From Phaeosaccion multiseriatum (taxonomy: Eukaryota > Protista > Ochrophyta, other classes), in contig OZ218952.1 of assembly GCA_965112735.1 (NCBI GenBank), forward strand, positions 4,092,001-4,156,000: a stretch of DNA of 64,000 bases, written 5' to 3'. Positions 1 through 13,631 of the stretch are shown here, piece after piece. The translations under genes were made by a program, and so were the position numbers. The notes under the pieces were generated by a model. That model saw nothing but the letters and a program-made list of their open reading frames with translations, had not been told where the DNA came from and made no database searches. Position 1 is the first letter of the stretch. Every line of letters begins with the position of its first letter.

Positions 1-58
1 CACCAGTTCCCCCTTCCCTTCCCTGTCTTTAACCTATGCTCTGTTTCGACCTGCGAAA

Positions 59-1833
59 TTGAATCATCTGGGCCCGCCGGACCGACCACAGACGCAGCGG
101 CGATCCAAAGAGAGCGATGCTTTGGACGAGTGGGACCCCTTGAATGTTGCGGCGCTGTGGTGTGCGGTAGGGAGTAGAGGCAGTGGCATGGGAGGCAGCG
201 ACGGGTGGGGGGCAGGCCGCCAGAGGGCGCTGACGTTGCTGAGGTGGGCTGCGAGAGGGTCGGCAGCAGCAGCAGGAGTTGGTGATACAGCAGCAGGAAC
301 AGGAGGAGGAGAGGAAGGGACTTCACTATCTTCTACATTAATGGCCGCAGCCGTATGCCCCGTGCTGCAGCAAGTGGGGGATGCGGCTCACGCTCCAGAG
401 ACTGGAGGAAAAGGGGAGGAGGAGGAGGAGGAAGAACAGGAAGCTCTCTTTGCTCTGTCAGACGCCTTACTTTACGAGTACTTTGACGAGAAACGGTTAC
501 AAGCCGTGGCTAGGATGCGGAGCAAGGCAGCAAGCTCTCGTCGGAGCGGCGGCGGTAGCAGCAGCATTGACACCACACCAAGCCTAAGCACAAGAGAGGA
601 CAAGGAGGGGCAAGTGGGGGAGGAAGAGAGAGACGCCGAGAGGGCCATGACGTCCGCCGTGGAGCGAGAGAAGAGGCGTGTGGCGAGGTTTCAGCGGCTG
701 AGCCCGGCCCGGAGGCTGGCACTTTGGGCGCTGTGTAGCTCGTCCCTGCACGGGGAAGTGTCGTCCGAGGAGGGGCTCCAAGCCGTGAGAGACGTGCGGC
801 AGCGGGAGGAGGATTTTATTTACGCCCTGCACAGCCTGGAAGTGCAGGAGCACAGCAGACATGGAGGTGGTAGCGGCAAGTACAGCGGGGAGTCGGACTC
901 GTCGTCGTCGTCGTCAGCAGTGGGGATCAGCAGCAGCTATCACTCTTCCACGCGGGCGCAGCAGGAGCGGCACTGGGATAGAGTGAGTGGGGGCAGCGCT
1001 CACTCGGCAGCGCTCCTCTCCTTTTCTCAGCACTCCTCGAGTAGGCCCGGCCAAACAGGGGGGGGCAGGAGCGGGGGCGGTGGGGCCAAGCGTGAAGCGC
1101 CGTCTTTGGGGAAGGCGTTTGATGGCGTACCGTCGGGAGGGGCTTTCTTGCTGAGCAAGGGGCTGTACGATCGGCTACAAGCGGTGGCAGGAGGCAAACT
1201 AGGCGGGGCAGGCGGCGAGGCAGCAGCAGCCGCGACAGCAGGGGCCTTGATGAGCGCCTCTCCACAGCAGCATCACCATAAGAGTAGTGGTGGCCCTTCG
1301 TCCTCCTCCTCCTCGTCCTCCTCCTCCTCCTCCTCCCCGATTGGAGGAATGAGGGTAGCGTCCTCCACAACTCTGGCGCTGCTTTTGGCGGGGAAAAGGG
1401 TACAAGCACAAGTCATTAAGGAGGCCTTTGGAGTCAGCGTCGCCCCCTCGGGAACGCCGTCCTGGGCGATGGGAGGCGGAGGCGGCGGCGGGGGTGGCGG
1501 GGGAGGAGCGGGAAGAGCGGGGGTGGTCGACTGGGACGCTGTGAGAGCCTCCAACCTCCCTCTTTGGTGTGAGGACCTGGACCTGCTTCGAGAAGTGGCG
1601 CAGACGGTGGCGTCTTGCACCTACCGCCGCGATCACGAAGTGATGGAGGTGGCGCTTTTCTATATCGCACAGGGCAAGGAGACGCAGCTGAGGCAAGTGG
1701 CGAAGCTGGACGATCATCGCCCGTCGCACTCCAGGAGGAAGGGGGCGTCGGCAGGGAGTCGCCTCATGAAGCTTATGGAGCACGACTTTACTCGTCCGGA
1801 GGGCCGGTAAGTGAGGTTGTTGTTGTTGTTGTT

Positions 1834-1868
<35 letters not shown>

Positions 1869-4849
1869 CGTGCTGCTTTTAGACCTTTCAGACCTTCGAA
1901 ATTGCGCATGTATGTCTCTCCCTCCTTTTGTCTCCCGTCGCCCTTACCGCCTCTCTCACCTCCCCTATCCCGTGCCGCTCGTGCCTGTCTCTCCCGCCCT
2001 CTGTCTTCTCCTCCTCCCCCTCCCCCTCCTCCTCCTCCTCCTCCTCCTCCCTACTCCTCCTTTTCCTACTTCAGAGTCGTGGCCGAGAAGAACGCATACA
2101 CCTTACTGCGTCGTAGAGAGTTCATCCAGGCCGCCGCAGTGTTCCTCTTGCCCCGTCCGGCCATGCTCAAACAAGCCCTCAACGTCATCCTGGCCAATCT
2201 GCACGACTTCTCGCTGGCGGTGCTCGTGGCAAGACTGGTGGAGGCGAGGGATGGAGTAGTGAGGGGTGATGAAGCAGGAGAAGGAGGAGGAGGAGGAGGA
2301 GGATTGAGGCTCTTTCCTCCACCAGCTGCTGCTGCTAGCTCACCGCCTCTTGGTAGAGGAGAAGGAAGCAGCGCTGTGGGGCCCAGCACGTACAAACTTA
2401 TGCGGGACGAGCTTCTGGGGTCCTTTAGAGGAAGCGACAGGGGAGGAGGGAGGAGTGCGTCTATGAAGGACGGATTGCTGGAGGTGACTGCTTTGGTCTG
2501 GATGGGGCAACACGGGCGGGCGTTGCGCGTCCTCAACGAGATGAACGGTCTCGCCACTGCTACTGCCGTTGTGAGGTACGATTGGGGCGGCACAATAGGC
2601 TCGCGAACGCGCAACAAGAGCGGAAAGGACGCGAGGAGGAGCGGTACAGCAGGGGGTGACGAGGAGGTGGAGGGGGACGAGAACCATGTGCTAGGGGCTG
2701 CTTTGCGCGAGCTGAACATTGTCGTGGACGACACCCTTCACCCCATGCTGGTGCGCCTGCTGAGAGGGGCGGACGTGAGGAACCGCTTCGGCCGGGGAGG
2801 GGGGCGGAGAGGAGGAGATGGAAAGGGATGTATGGAGCCGCAGCAAGAGGAGGAGCAGCAGCTTACCTCTCAGCTGAGCGCTGCTGAGCATTTGACGGAC
2901 ATGGGGATGGAGTTGGTGGCACTCGAGCTTCTCAGTGGCTCTTCCGAGAGAGAGGAGGACCAGGATAGCGCAGCAGCTCAAGAGTTGGTGACACAGCAGC
3001 AGCAGCTGCACCAGCAACACCAGGGCATAGGGCTCGGTGGTGGGGGCTTCGGCGGAAGTGGAGGGGCGTCCTCCTCCAAGTTTTCCATTGCAGGGATGAT
3101 GAAGATGAAGCCGCAGGCGGCGGCGGCATGCGCGGACAACGGCGAGCTATCCGGGGGCATGTTTGGGTCATTCGATGCTCCTCCTTCTCAACAGCAGAAG
3201 AAGCCTCAGGCGGTACAGCACACTAATGGCGGGGGTGGCGGTGAGTTTTCGGGGGGCATTTTTGGCAGCTTTGACGGACCGCCAGCCAAGAGCAAGGCCG
3301 CTGTACCACCAACTGCTGTCGATAGTGGGGAGTTGTCGGGAGGCATATTTGGAGGCTTCGACGCCGCTCCTCAGCAGAAGAAAGCCCCTGCTGTGGCACC
3401 GCCTTCCGTGGGTGGAGACCCCTTCTCGGGTGGAATCTTTGGTGGCTTTGATGCTGCCCCACAGCGCAAGGCCAAGCCTCCTCCTCCTCCTTCAGGTGGC
3501 AGCAGGAGCAATGACACGGGGGAGTTGTCGGGCGATATGTTTGGGGGCTTTGACGCAGCGCCGCAGCGTGCCAAGAAGCCCGTCATCGCTAGTAGCAGTG
3601 GCAGCAACAGTGGGGAGCTCACAGGAGATATGTTTGGGGGCTTCGACGCTGCCCCTCAGCGCGCCAAGAAGCCCGTCGGTAGTAGTAGTGGTAGTAGCAG
3701 CAACAGTGGGGAGCTCACGGGAGACATGTTTGCGGGCTTCGACGCTGCCCCTCAGTCTTCGCGCACCAAGCAGAGTACTCCTTCTGGAGGAGGAGGAGGA
3801 GGAGGAGGAGGAGGAGGAGGAGCATCGTCTGTGATGCCCTTCGAGGAGCGCGTCGACGCCGCTGAGATCGCCACCACCACCGTAAAGGAGGCAGAGGAGG
3901 CTCAAGCCGCGAAGGAGGAGGAGGACGAGGACGAGGCCTTTTGGGCGGCCTTCGATGCTCATTACCTCCACCAGCACAACCTGTCTAGGCTGAGGTCAAG
4001 GTCACGCTCGGGATCGATCTTGGAGGCAGGGAGTGGAGGAGGGGGAGGAGGAGGGGGGGGGCGAGAGTCCAGGTCGGGCTCCGTGTCTGCGCCCCCGCTG
4101 TCAGCAGCAGCAGCGGCAGCAGCAGCAGCAACGTCCCCTCGCGTGTGGATGGAGTGGAAGGGCGAGCTGTGCTACTTGGCGGCCGCGAAGCGTGTCCTGC
4201 GAGAGGTGCACACAGCTCTTAAGGGCCTGGACAAGGCCTCGCCCTTCCAGGAGGACATGCAGGCCGCCCTACTTTCGCTGACCAATGGCAACCACGGCGA
4301 TGGCGATCAGAATACGCGGAGGAGGACTGCTACCGATACTACCGGTACCGCTGCTTCTACTTCTGTTACTGCCGCTGCCGCTGCTGCAGGTGGTGGTGGC
4401 GGTGGTACTAGGGCAGGTATGGGCCTTCTGGAGGGCGTCCGAGCGACTGTGACGCTTCTGTGCTCCACGTACGGCCTGTCCTACTCCGAGCTCGTCGCTA
4501 CTGCTGCCGCCATGGTGCAGCACGTGTCCGCAGCGGGCACACGGGGCCTGCCCACGGCCTGCCTCCTTCTGCAGGTGGGTAGTTGGGGTAACGTGAGATC
4601 TGTTACTGGTGTCGTCTGTTTTGTTTGGCTTTGGTTTTGGGCGGTTTCGCATTTGCGTAAGCGTATGTGTGGGATCAGAATTTTGTGTGCGTGTGCATTA
4701 GGTTGAAATTGTCACTCCGGAGTTGTATGAACCCTTCCGTGGCTGACTGCTGGTGCTACCCGCTCCTCCTCCTCCTCCTCCTCCCTCTCCTCCTCCTCCT
4801 CCCTCTCCTCCTCCTCCTCCTCCTCCTCCTCCTCCTCCTCCTCCTCCTC

Positions 4850-4885
<36 letters not shown>

Positions 4886-7800
4886 GTCATCGATCCCGTT
4901 GTGCATGCAGCTGCTCGGGCGGCCTGTGGCCGTGAATGCCTCTGTCTGCAGGGCGGCGAGGCGTTTGCTGCACTGCTGCAGCATACACGGCATTGCCCAC
5001 GAGGAGGACTTGCTTCTCGGCCTAGTCAACGACTCCTCCTCCAACCACAAGCAGCACATGATGATGGGAGGGGCTGCAGTGGAAGGAGCGCAGACGGCGG
5101 CAGGAGGATCAGCAGGAGGAGCAGGAGCAGCGGCAGGAGTTGGTGATACAGCGGTAGCATCCACCTCTAGCGCGATGTCAGTGGATGGTGGCCGTGGCGG
5201 GGAGATGGAGCTCGAAGACCTTAGCTTCCACCTTGCTGAGCTTCGGGCGGTGGCGTTCCAGCTTCAGGTGTGTCTGGCCACGCATGATGCCAAGGCTCTC
5301 CGACTGAGCTGTAGAGCACAGATGGAGGCGTCAGTGGGGTTCCGCGTCGGCTTGTTGTTGGAGAGCTGGAGGAAGAGTTACCGCAGTTTGGAGGCGTTGG
5401 TAAAGATGAGTCCGGAACCGCCTCAAGTGAACCCGCTCGTGTTTGCGGGAATGGAGGTAAGGTGAAGGGAAGGGGGCGGGTTGGAGTGGGGTGGGTGTGG
5501 TGTCTGTCGTGTGTTGTGGGCGTGAGGGACGGATTAGGTTAGGAATACTGTATGGTTGTCCTCTTTTTCTCTCTTTCTACTATCTGCCGTCTATCCATCC
5601 ATTCATGAACCCATCGCCTCTGCCGCTTACTCCATTCCATTCCTTTCCAAACGCCATCGCAGACCGTGCCTTTGTCTCTTCTGGCCAGTGGGTGCTTTGA
5701 CTTCCAAGCTCCCCCCCCCCCCCGTGCGTTGTCCGACGACGACGACGACGACGACGACATGCTGGACTTGTGTCGCTTGAAATCCGAGTCTAAGGCACCT
5801 GCGGCACAACCGGGGCATCAGCAGAGCGATGAGCAGCAGAGCGAGAAGGAGCAGGATGAGGAGGAGGAGCCGAGCGAGGAGGAGGTCGAAATTATGAGGC
5901 ACCTTGGCCCACTGTGGCACCACTATCGCGCGGACTTGAGCAGCGAGGCGGCGGAGCGACTTTTGGCGCACGCGGAGGCGGGCAAGTTTGTGCTTCGGCC
6001 GCTGTGCCTCCCCGCCAATGAGGCCATCATTGCGTACCACAACCGAGAAGGGAGCGAGGACGCTCAAGGCAAGGTTGAAGGCGAAAGAGAAGAGGGCAGC
6101 GGGTGTGGAGAGTTGTGGGAAGGGCAAGCTGCGGCGATTGCTGGAAAGAGAGCAGCGAAGAGGGCAACGAGAGTGAGCGGCTACGAGGTTATCGTCTCTG
6201 GAGGAGCAGAGAGAGTGCATCACGCCGTGCTGCGCGTGCGGCAAGTGACGGAGACGGAGTATGGCGAGGGGCACGAGGAGGAGAGAGGAGGGGGGGCAGG
6301 AGGTGGAGAAGGAGGGGCGAATGCGAAGGAGCGAGAGGAGGAGGAAGGAGGAACAGTGCACTACTACGACGACGAGTTTGAGAGCGGCACGAACGGACCC
6401 TTCGCCACCATGATGGAGGTGCTGCTGCACGTGTCCGAGACGCTGCCGTTCGCTTTGGTCATGGAGGATGGAGGTCGACGCCCCAGAGCCCTGGGGAGTG
6501 GCGGGGTGGGTGGGCCTGCTCCTCCTTCTCTGTTGCGCTCGAAGGAGGCAAAGATGGCGGAGTTGTTAGAGCCGCCTCTGCCACGCTACGTCCCCACCCC
6601 TCCGAGGAATGACGCGGCACTGATCCAAGCGCTATCCCTCGTGGCGGCGCACAGACCTGGGCAGCAAGTGGAGGAGAAGGCTGGTGGAGGTGGAGGTGGA
6701 GGTGGGGGCACTGGAGAAGGAGTAGCACCACCGTCACCCACGGGGGGCCCGTTCCAGTCACAGTCACATCCATCGCTTTCAGAGTCCCACCTTGGCCTCT
6801 CCTCCTCCTCCTCCTCCTCCAGGAAGGGTGAGGGCGAGCACGAGTATGAGGAGGCTTTGCTGTCTGCCCTCAATCATGGCCGCTGGCCGCTGTACTCCCG
6901 TATGGCGTGTGCGCTGGACCTGTTGGTTCTCCGAAATCTGCACAAGGGCCTCTGTGACACGCTTTCGGAGGCGCTGCACAGCTGCCACTTCCGCAGTGTG
7001 GCTCCTTTGGCGGTTCGGGCCGCGGGCTGGCTGGAGTTTAGAGGCCCCTCCACGCCCGTTATCGATAGGGAGGGAGGCGTAGGAGACGCAGCAAGTTTAG
7101 TGACGGCCGCCGCCGCCACCGCTACCGCCTCTCCCTCTGGCGCAGCAGGAGCAGGAGGAGGAGGAGGTGGTGGTGGTGGTGGTAAGGTGGCCGAGGGAGT
7201 GAGCAAGCAGTTCTACTTTGCGCTTCTTCAACCCATGTACACGTGGGGGCAGTGCCTGGATCGTCAGCTTTACGCGCAGACACACAAGCCCATCGTCACC
7301 GCCGTGGGTGCGAGCAATCGGTGGGGGAGGGCAGCGGCAGCCGCTCCTGAGGGTGGAGGAGGAGAAGGCGAGGTAGGGAAGGCTCCGAGTGGAAGAAGAG
7401 GATCGGCATCGGCAGCAGATAGCTCAGGCAGTGAGAGTTTGTCGAAGGAGGAGGAGGCACCGAGGTCGGAGATGCTTCGCTCGGAGGCGAGCTTTGGCAA
7501 TATGCTGTGGGAGGGAGAGAACGACGACGACGACAACGAGGACGAGAAGGAGGAGGAGGAAGTCGACAGGCGTGCGAGCTCTGCCTCTTCCAATGAGGTG
7601 ACGCAAGGCAGCCCTGAGGATGGCAATCCACGAAGCTCGCGGCGCTTCTCTTTTTCCAAGAGCTCTTCCAAAAGCCCTTCCCCTTCCTCCTCTTCCAAGT
7701 CGCGCTCTGTCACTATGGCAAAGGCAAAGGCCAAATCGAAGGCGATGCTCGGCAAGGTACGTCGGAGCAGCAGCGGCCGCAAGCTTGGCCTGGGCCTTCC

Positions 7801-7965
7801 CCGGCACAAGCGTCTGGACAAGGGAGGAGACGCCAAAGTTTTGTCCTACGTGGGTGGCAGAGAAAGCCCAATTCTCTTGCTCACGGGCTTGAGTGTGGTC
7901 GGCGGTGGCACCTACGGCAAACAAGTGGAAGGGGGAGAAGGAGAGAAGGAAGGGAAGCAGCAGCG

Positions 7966-8004
<39 letters not shown>

Positions 8005-11000
8005 GTCCACCAGTGGTATGTTCGCCCCCGCTTCCCCTCCCCCCGACGTGTCTACCCGCCACGTCAGCACTGCGTGGAGGGAGGGGGAGGCGGACGAACT
8101 GATCATGTCCTCCATGTTGCAGCGGGACAGTGGCCTCTTGTTCGAGACGGTGAGTGAGTCCGGCAGTGAATGAGTGAGTGAGTGAGTGAGTGAGGATGGT
8201 TTCTGCTCACAAATCAACGGTCCGTCCGAACGCCCGTGGTGTAACTGACGACTGACGTGTGAGCTGTTACCGCCTTGTTGCTTCCTTCTCTCGCGGTGCG
8301 TTGTGTGTGGGCACTCACCTCCTCCCTCCGTCCCTCAGGTGAAGCTGGGTCGCGGACACGGCGTGCCATACGTGCGTGCGTTCACCGAGTGGAGCGTGCT
8401 ACAGTACCTCACTACACAGGGCATCGACCACAGCATGGACGCTGCGCAGAGTCGCCTCCAACGCATGCTGGACGGTCGACTCGTCGCTGCAGTGCGGCCG
8501 CCTAAGCACATGCAACACAGACACCCCCACCACGGCCACCACCAGCAGCAGCAGGATCTGCGACGTCACCAGCAGCAGCGGGGTGGTCCCGATCGGATGT
8601 TCCGCTTCATCGACCGCTGGGAGGTGCAGGCAGTACAGAGCGCGGGTGGAGGTGAGTTTCTGAGTTTTGGATTGTGTAAGTGTGAGTTTGAGCTCGAGGG
8701 ACCCTGTTTCTTTCAGTGTGTCCGTGTTTGTTCGTGGTGGGGCAGGAAAGTGGTAGGCACTCCCTCCCTCCCTCCCTCTGTCCCTCCCGCCTGCCCTTCT
8801 TTGTGTCCTCTCGTGCGCTGTTCTTTTTGTGTCGTTTCGGCGCATCTCGTCGCCTCCGTCTGACGTGAAGAGTACTTCCATTTCCGTGGCTCTTGTCTCT
8901 CTCCCCCTCTCTCTCTCTCTCTCTCTCTCTCGCACTCTCTCTCTCTCTCCCGCTTTCTCTCTCGCTCTCGCTCTCTCTCTACGTGTGTGTGTGCGTGCGT
9001 GCGTGCGTGCGTCGCGTTTATCTCGAGTTAGGCGTGTTGCGGGGCGGGGCACTGGGGCGTCTCTGGCTCCGACCCCTCGTGGACCACAACGAAGCCTCAG
9101 CTTCAGATGAGGGGGGGCAGCAGCCTCCGACGGCGGCCGGTGATGCCTCCATCACGGGGAAGGGTGGAGGCGCCGCAGGGGGGGGAGGGAGGCAGCTGCA
9201 TCAACAGGCGCTGAGCATCATTGGAGGAGAGGTGGCGTCGCGCCTGTGGGGTACCTTTGGGGGGGAGGAGTGGCTCATACGGTGCGTCGCCAATGCTGAG
9301 TTCCCTTTTCTTCGACACGCCATGCTGCAGGAGGCGTGTACGATTGAAGGAGAAGGGGGGGGAGAAGGAGGAAGAGGAGCGGGGGACGGTATTTCTGCCA
9401 ACAAGATGACAAGAACAGTGAGCGGTGCGTCTCCATCCCTACACAGCGGTGGTGCTGACGCAGATTGGGACGTAGTCACCAAGGCGCAAGACTTGCCGCC
9501 CCTCGTGCTTCAAGACATGAGTCTCTGCTGCAAGCACTCGGGAGGTCGGACGGGCTTAGGAGGGGGAGGGGGGGGAGGGGAGTGGGGGGTGGCACCGGAA
9601 GAAGGCGCGTACTTGAACTGCATATTCGAACGGATGTATCGCAACGCGGCTTTCCGGCGCCTGCACCTCCCGCACCGCTTCATGCCGCTGCTTCAGACCG
9701 AGGTGATGGCGCTCAAAAACCTCGCCCCGCACTACTCGGTGCCGCACAGGATGGAGGTGTATGCAGTGCTCAGACTAAGGAGGGCCGGGCCACACGGGCA
9801 GCTGTCCAACAAACAGGTGAGAGCACGGTGGTACAGATGATCCTCTCTCCCCTGCCCCTGTGTTCCGCTCGCATCACCACCCGACACTGGCGCTCACTCG
9901 CACTGGCTCTCTCTCTCTCCTCTCCCCCTGCTGCGCCCCTCCCCTCCCTCTAGCACGGGGTGGACAGCGTAAAGACGGCCACATCTAAGCTGTCCCCTTC
10001 CAAGGAGGGGTACGGCTCGGAGCTGCTGCGCTGGGGGTGCAAGTGAGTGAGTGGTGCACGGCGGGCTAGGGCGGGAGGGGTGTCACGGCTTTGATAAACT
10101 CTCTCGAAAATTGAGTTTTTGCCCCCGCGACGAGGTAACGACAGGCATCCTGACGTCTTTTCCTGCTCACCTCCTCCTCTCCTTCCTCCTCCTCCTCCTC
10201 CTCCTCCTCCTCCTCCTCCTCCTCCTCCTCCTCCTCCTCCTTCTTCTTCTTCTTCTTCTCCTCCTCCTCCTCCTCCTCCTCCTCCTCCTCCTCCTCCTCC
10301 TCCTCCTCCACCACCACCACCATCACCAGTGCGAGCTTCCGCTTCTCCCTGCCCGAGGAGTACAACACGCTCATCTCTCACTACGGAGTGGGAGCCTACG
10401 GCCTCGTTCTTGACGCGCACGCCCCCACACGCGGCCCGCCCACAGTGCTACACCTTGCTGTATATCGCAAGCAACTGCTCGGGGACTCTCTGCTGGGCCA
10501 TGTGGAGGTGCCGCTACACACGCTCTCCGACGACGCCCCTCTGGACGATTGGCTACCGCTACAGGGGAGTGCCCGGGGTCAGGCGTGGTGAGTGAGCTGA
10601 GGAGGAGGAGGAGGAGGAGGAGGAGGAGGAGGAGGAGGAGGAGGAGGAGAAAGAGGAGAAGAAACAAAGGAGGAGGAGGAGGAGGAGGAGTAAGGGTGTA
10701 CTGTGTTGGATGTGGGTAGAGGTGCGGTGATGGAGCCCACTGCCACCACTGCCACCGCTTCCCTGGAGCGATTCCTTCGAGCAACGACCAGCTTCCGATG
10801 ACTGCGGTCTGCTCTCGCGGCTGAGCTGCTGTACTGAGTCTGCTGTACCCACTTTCTCTTACCCGTCCGCCCCATGCCGTCCTCGCCCATGCCCCCCGTG
10901 TCCCTGGTGCCCCTCAGGTTCATCAATCTGAAGATCTCACTCATGTTTGTGATGATGTGCGTGGGGACGCCACCGGACGACGAAGAGGAGGAGGAGGAGG

Positions 11001-11074
11001 TGTTTACCGACATGATGGGGCCAAACATATTTAGCCCCACAAGCACTGCGCTGCTCATGGAAGATATTTTTTAA
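59..11074 (+). CDS. Large multi-exon Rav1/DMXL (rabconnectin-3/RAVE)-like protein with additional SH2-like, DEP-like and C2 domains; 5' end lies outside the window
   Basis: Rav1p_C-like motifs (WDAVRASNLPLW..EVALFYIA..HDFTRPEGR|VVAEKNAYTLLRRREFIQAAAVFLL) joined across the GT-AG intron ~1807-2075. SH2-like LWHHYRADLSSEAAERLL..GKFVLR ~5900-6450. DEP-like YVRAFTEWSVLQYL..QRMLDGRLVAAV..MFRF ~8340-8625. C2-like LHLAVYRKQLLGDSLLGHVEVPL..DDWLPL|FINLKISL ~9700-10960. About 9 exons with canonical splice sites; stop at 11072-11074. Confidence 0.75.
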
Positions 11075-11895
11075 TTCATAACAACATAGGCCTCTTGCAG
11101 GCCGGCAAGGGCAAGGCTTTATCTGATATGTCGTACTACGTAGTACACCAAAATGTATACATTTACAGGCAAACTCGTGGTCCGGTGTCGCCTTGCTGAG
11201 AGGTGAGTATGATCAAGCGAGCCCCAGCACTGTCGCGAGCTGCCCCAGAGCTCATGTTGATGCTGACTACCACTCACGAGCGGTAGGGTAAGGCGGCCGC
11301 AAATTGTGGAGGGAAGGACACGCGATGGGCACCAGGCACCTGCTGACCCTCACTCAGCATCTGACCCTTACTCTTTTGACCTCGCCCTCACTCTCCCGTG
11401 GTGCTCTTTCTTCTCGACACGTACGCACGCACGCACGCACGGACGCACCTTTTCGTTGCAGGGTGCGGTCGCATGTCACTGGGCCTCCTCATTGGTGTGT
11501 CACTTCCTCCTCCTCGTTGGTATCTTGTCTCGCGCTTCACTCCTTCTCGACTGAGTCGAATTGCATCACCCCCATCTGAGATCCACCTTGAGCCCCTCGG
11601 GCACATGCTATAAAGAAAAGAAGTCTTGAGGTTGAGCGGAACGAGAATAATGGAGAGAGAAGAATCCCCCATAAAACTGGAACTTAAACTAGGATTCGAT
11701 GTTCGCTCCTGGTCTACTACGGGGCCAACGTGGTAAGGCGAAGCGCATGGAGTACTTCTTTGTCTGCCACAATACAGCCTCGTCCCGTTACTTTCTTCTA
11801 CAGACAAGAAGCCTTACCCCAAAAAGGAGGAGGGAGGGAGAGATTCTTCACTCATCAAAAGTCGGCCTCGCAATCCTTGCTTTTGACAGGACTCT

Positions 11896-13402
11896 ATGAA
11901 CCATAGAGGCATGACCGCTCTGCACGCCGCTTCATCCAAGGGCCACGTCGACGTCATCAAGCTGCTGTTGGAGGAAGTCTCTGGGGGGGTCGACCTGGAG
12001 GATGACGGTCACAGGACAGCTTTGCTCTGGGCTGCTGCCTCTGGAAACCCCCTCGCCGTGGCGGCTCTACTCGAGGCTGGCGCAGATGTGGATCACAATG
12101 CGGATAGGGAGAGGACAACTGCCCTCATGCAGGCCGCTGTGGGGGGGCATTTGGGCTGTGTGGAAACGCTTCTTTCCGCGGGAGCCTTTGTGGTAAGTGG
12201 TACTGCTGCTGGTGCTTCGCCTCTTACGCCGATTGCAGTCGAGTCATCTGGATTCAATCTCCCTCCCTCCCTCCCTCACTCCCCTTGGTGCTGTGTAGAA
12301 TGCAGTGAGGTGGGACGGCCTCACCGCCCTATTCCTCGCCTGCCAAGCCGGTCACGTGCGAGTGTGCGAGACGCTGCTCGAGGCGGGGGCCGTCTTGTCG
12401 TCCGACGATCTCATTCGTGCGGCGATTTGCGGTCACACCGACGTCGTGGCGGTGCTCATCGAGCAGGGGGGCTGCGATCCGAACCTCGTGGACTATGAGG
12501 GAAGGAGCGCCCTTCACCGGGCGTGCGAGTGCCCCACACCCTCTACGGCCAGTAGCTACGACACCGGGAGCGGCAGCATCTACGACAGCAGTGGCAGCGA
12601 CGGTACTGACGTCATTAGTCTGCTTCTCGACACGGGAGTAGACATTGACCTGGAGGACGAGGCGGGCAACACCGCGCTGCACATGGCCGTGCGGGGGGGG
12701 TGCGTGGAGGCGGTGGAGCTGCTCCTCGCACACGGCTGTGCTATTCCAAAGGGCCTCCGCCCAGACGGTGGTGGTGGTGGAGGAGGAGGAGGAGGAGGCA
12801 ACGAGCCCGCTGCGGTGATTGCCACGCGCATCGAAGCAGAGCTTGCCAAGAGGGAGCGGGACGCCGTCGCAGGTGCGCTGGTCGTTTGGCTTGTGATGGG
12901 GGAGGACGTTGATTCAGAGAGGACGAGGAGGAGGAGAGTGGACCCTCGGCCATGCCTGTTCCTGTCTTGCTGTGAGGGGTTACTTTGAAGCGAGATGCGA
13001 GGCAGAGGGGAAGAGAAGAGGACACGGGAGTGCCGTGCCATTGCTGGTCAGAAATGCCCCCATTCCTTCTCACTCGACTTCCCTCTCTCTTCTCTGTTTC
13101 TTTGGTTCTCTCCTCTTCGCCCCCCCCCCTCCCCCTCTGTGCAAGATGCAGCAGGAGCCGCCTTCTTTGGGTCTGTGGGCCCCACGCGCTGGCGTGACCA
13201 GATGCGGGCCAAAGCGGCAGCCGTGGCGTCCAATGCCATCCATGCCGCTGCCCTCGGAGTCATGCCCACCATGCCACTGCCTCTGTACCCATCCTCCTCG
13301 GCGTTGCTGAGGGAGCGCTGCGGTAGCAGGGGCAGCAGTCATAGCAGCGCACGAGATCGGTGCGGGAGCGGCCACAGTGTGGAGAGCATTAGGATTGGAT
13401 AG
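11896..13402 (+). CDS. Ankyrin-repeat protein (3 exons ~11896-12192, ~12306-12872, ~13147-13402); 5' end uncertain
   Basis: Repeated G-x-T/S-A-L-H-x-A ankyrin consensus (GMTALHAAS, HRTALLWAA, RTTALMQAA, GLTALFLAC, GRSALHRAC, GNTALHMAV); GT-AG introns keep the frame. Confidence 0.75.
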
Positions 13403-13631
13403 CACGAGCGTGGACAGCGAAGACCCAACCGGTGTATGTGAATGTGTGAATGTATGGTTTAGTAGTATCTTACGATCATATTTTTTTTTTGCGACGCGAG
13501 GGACTTTTAAAATTTGTAAGAGCTACAATCGGAATGAAAGCGGCCCAAAGGCTTGGTGGACGATCGCAAAGTCCCCTCTGCATGCTCTTGCGCTCTCTCG
13601 CCAGAGCTCATCTCTTTTCACGACTCATCAA

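Noticed and set aside
11160-11690. Possible small spliced minus-strand gene
   Set aside because: Splice-like sites exist, but the ORF has no recognisable features.
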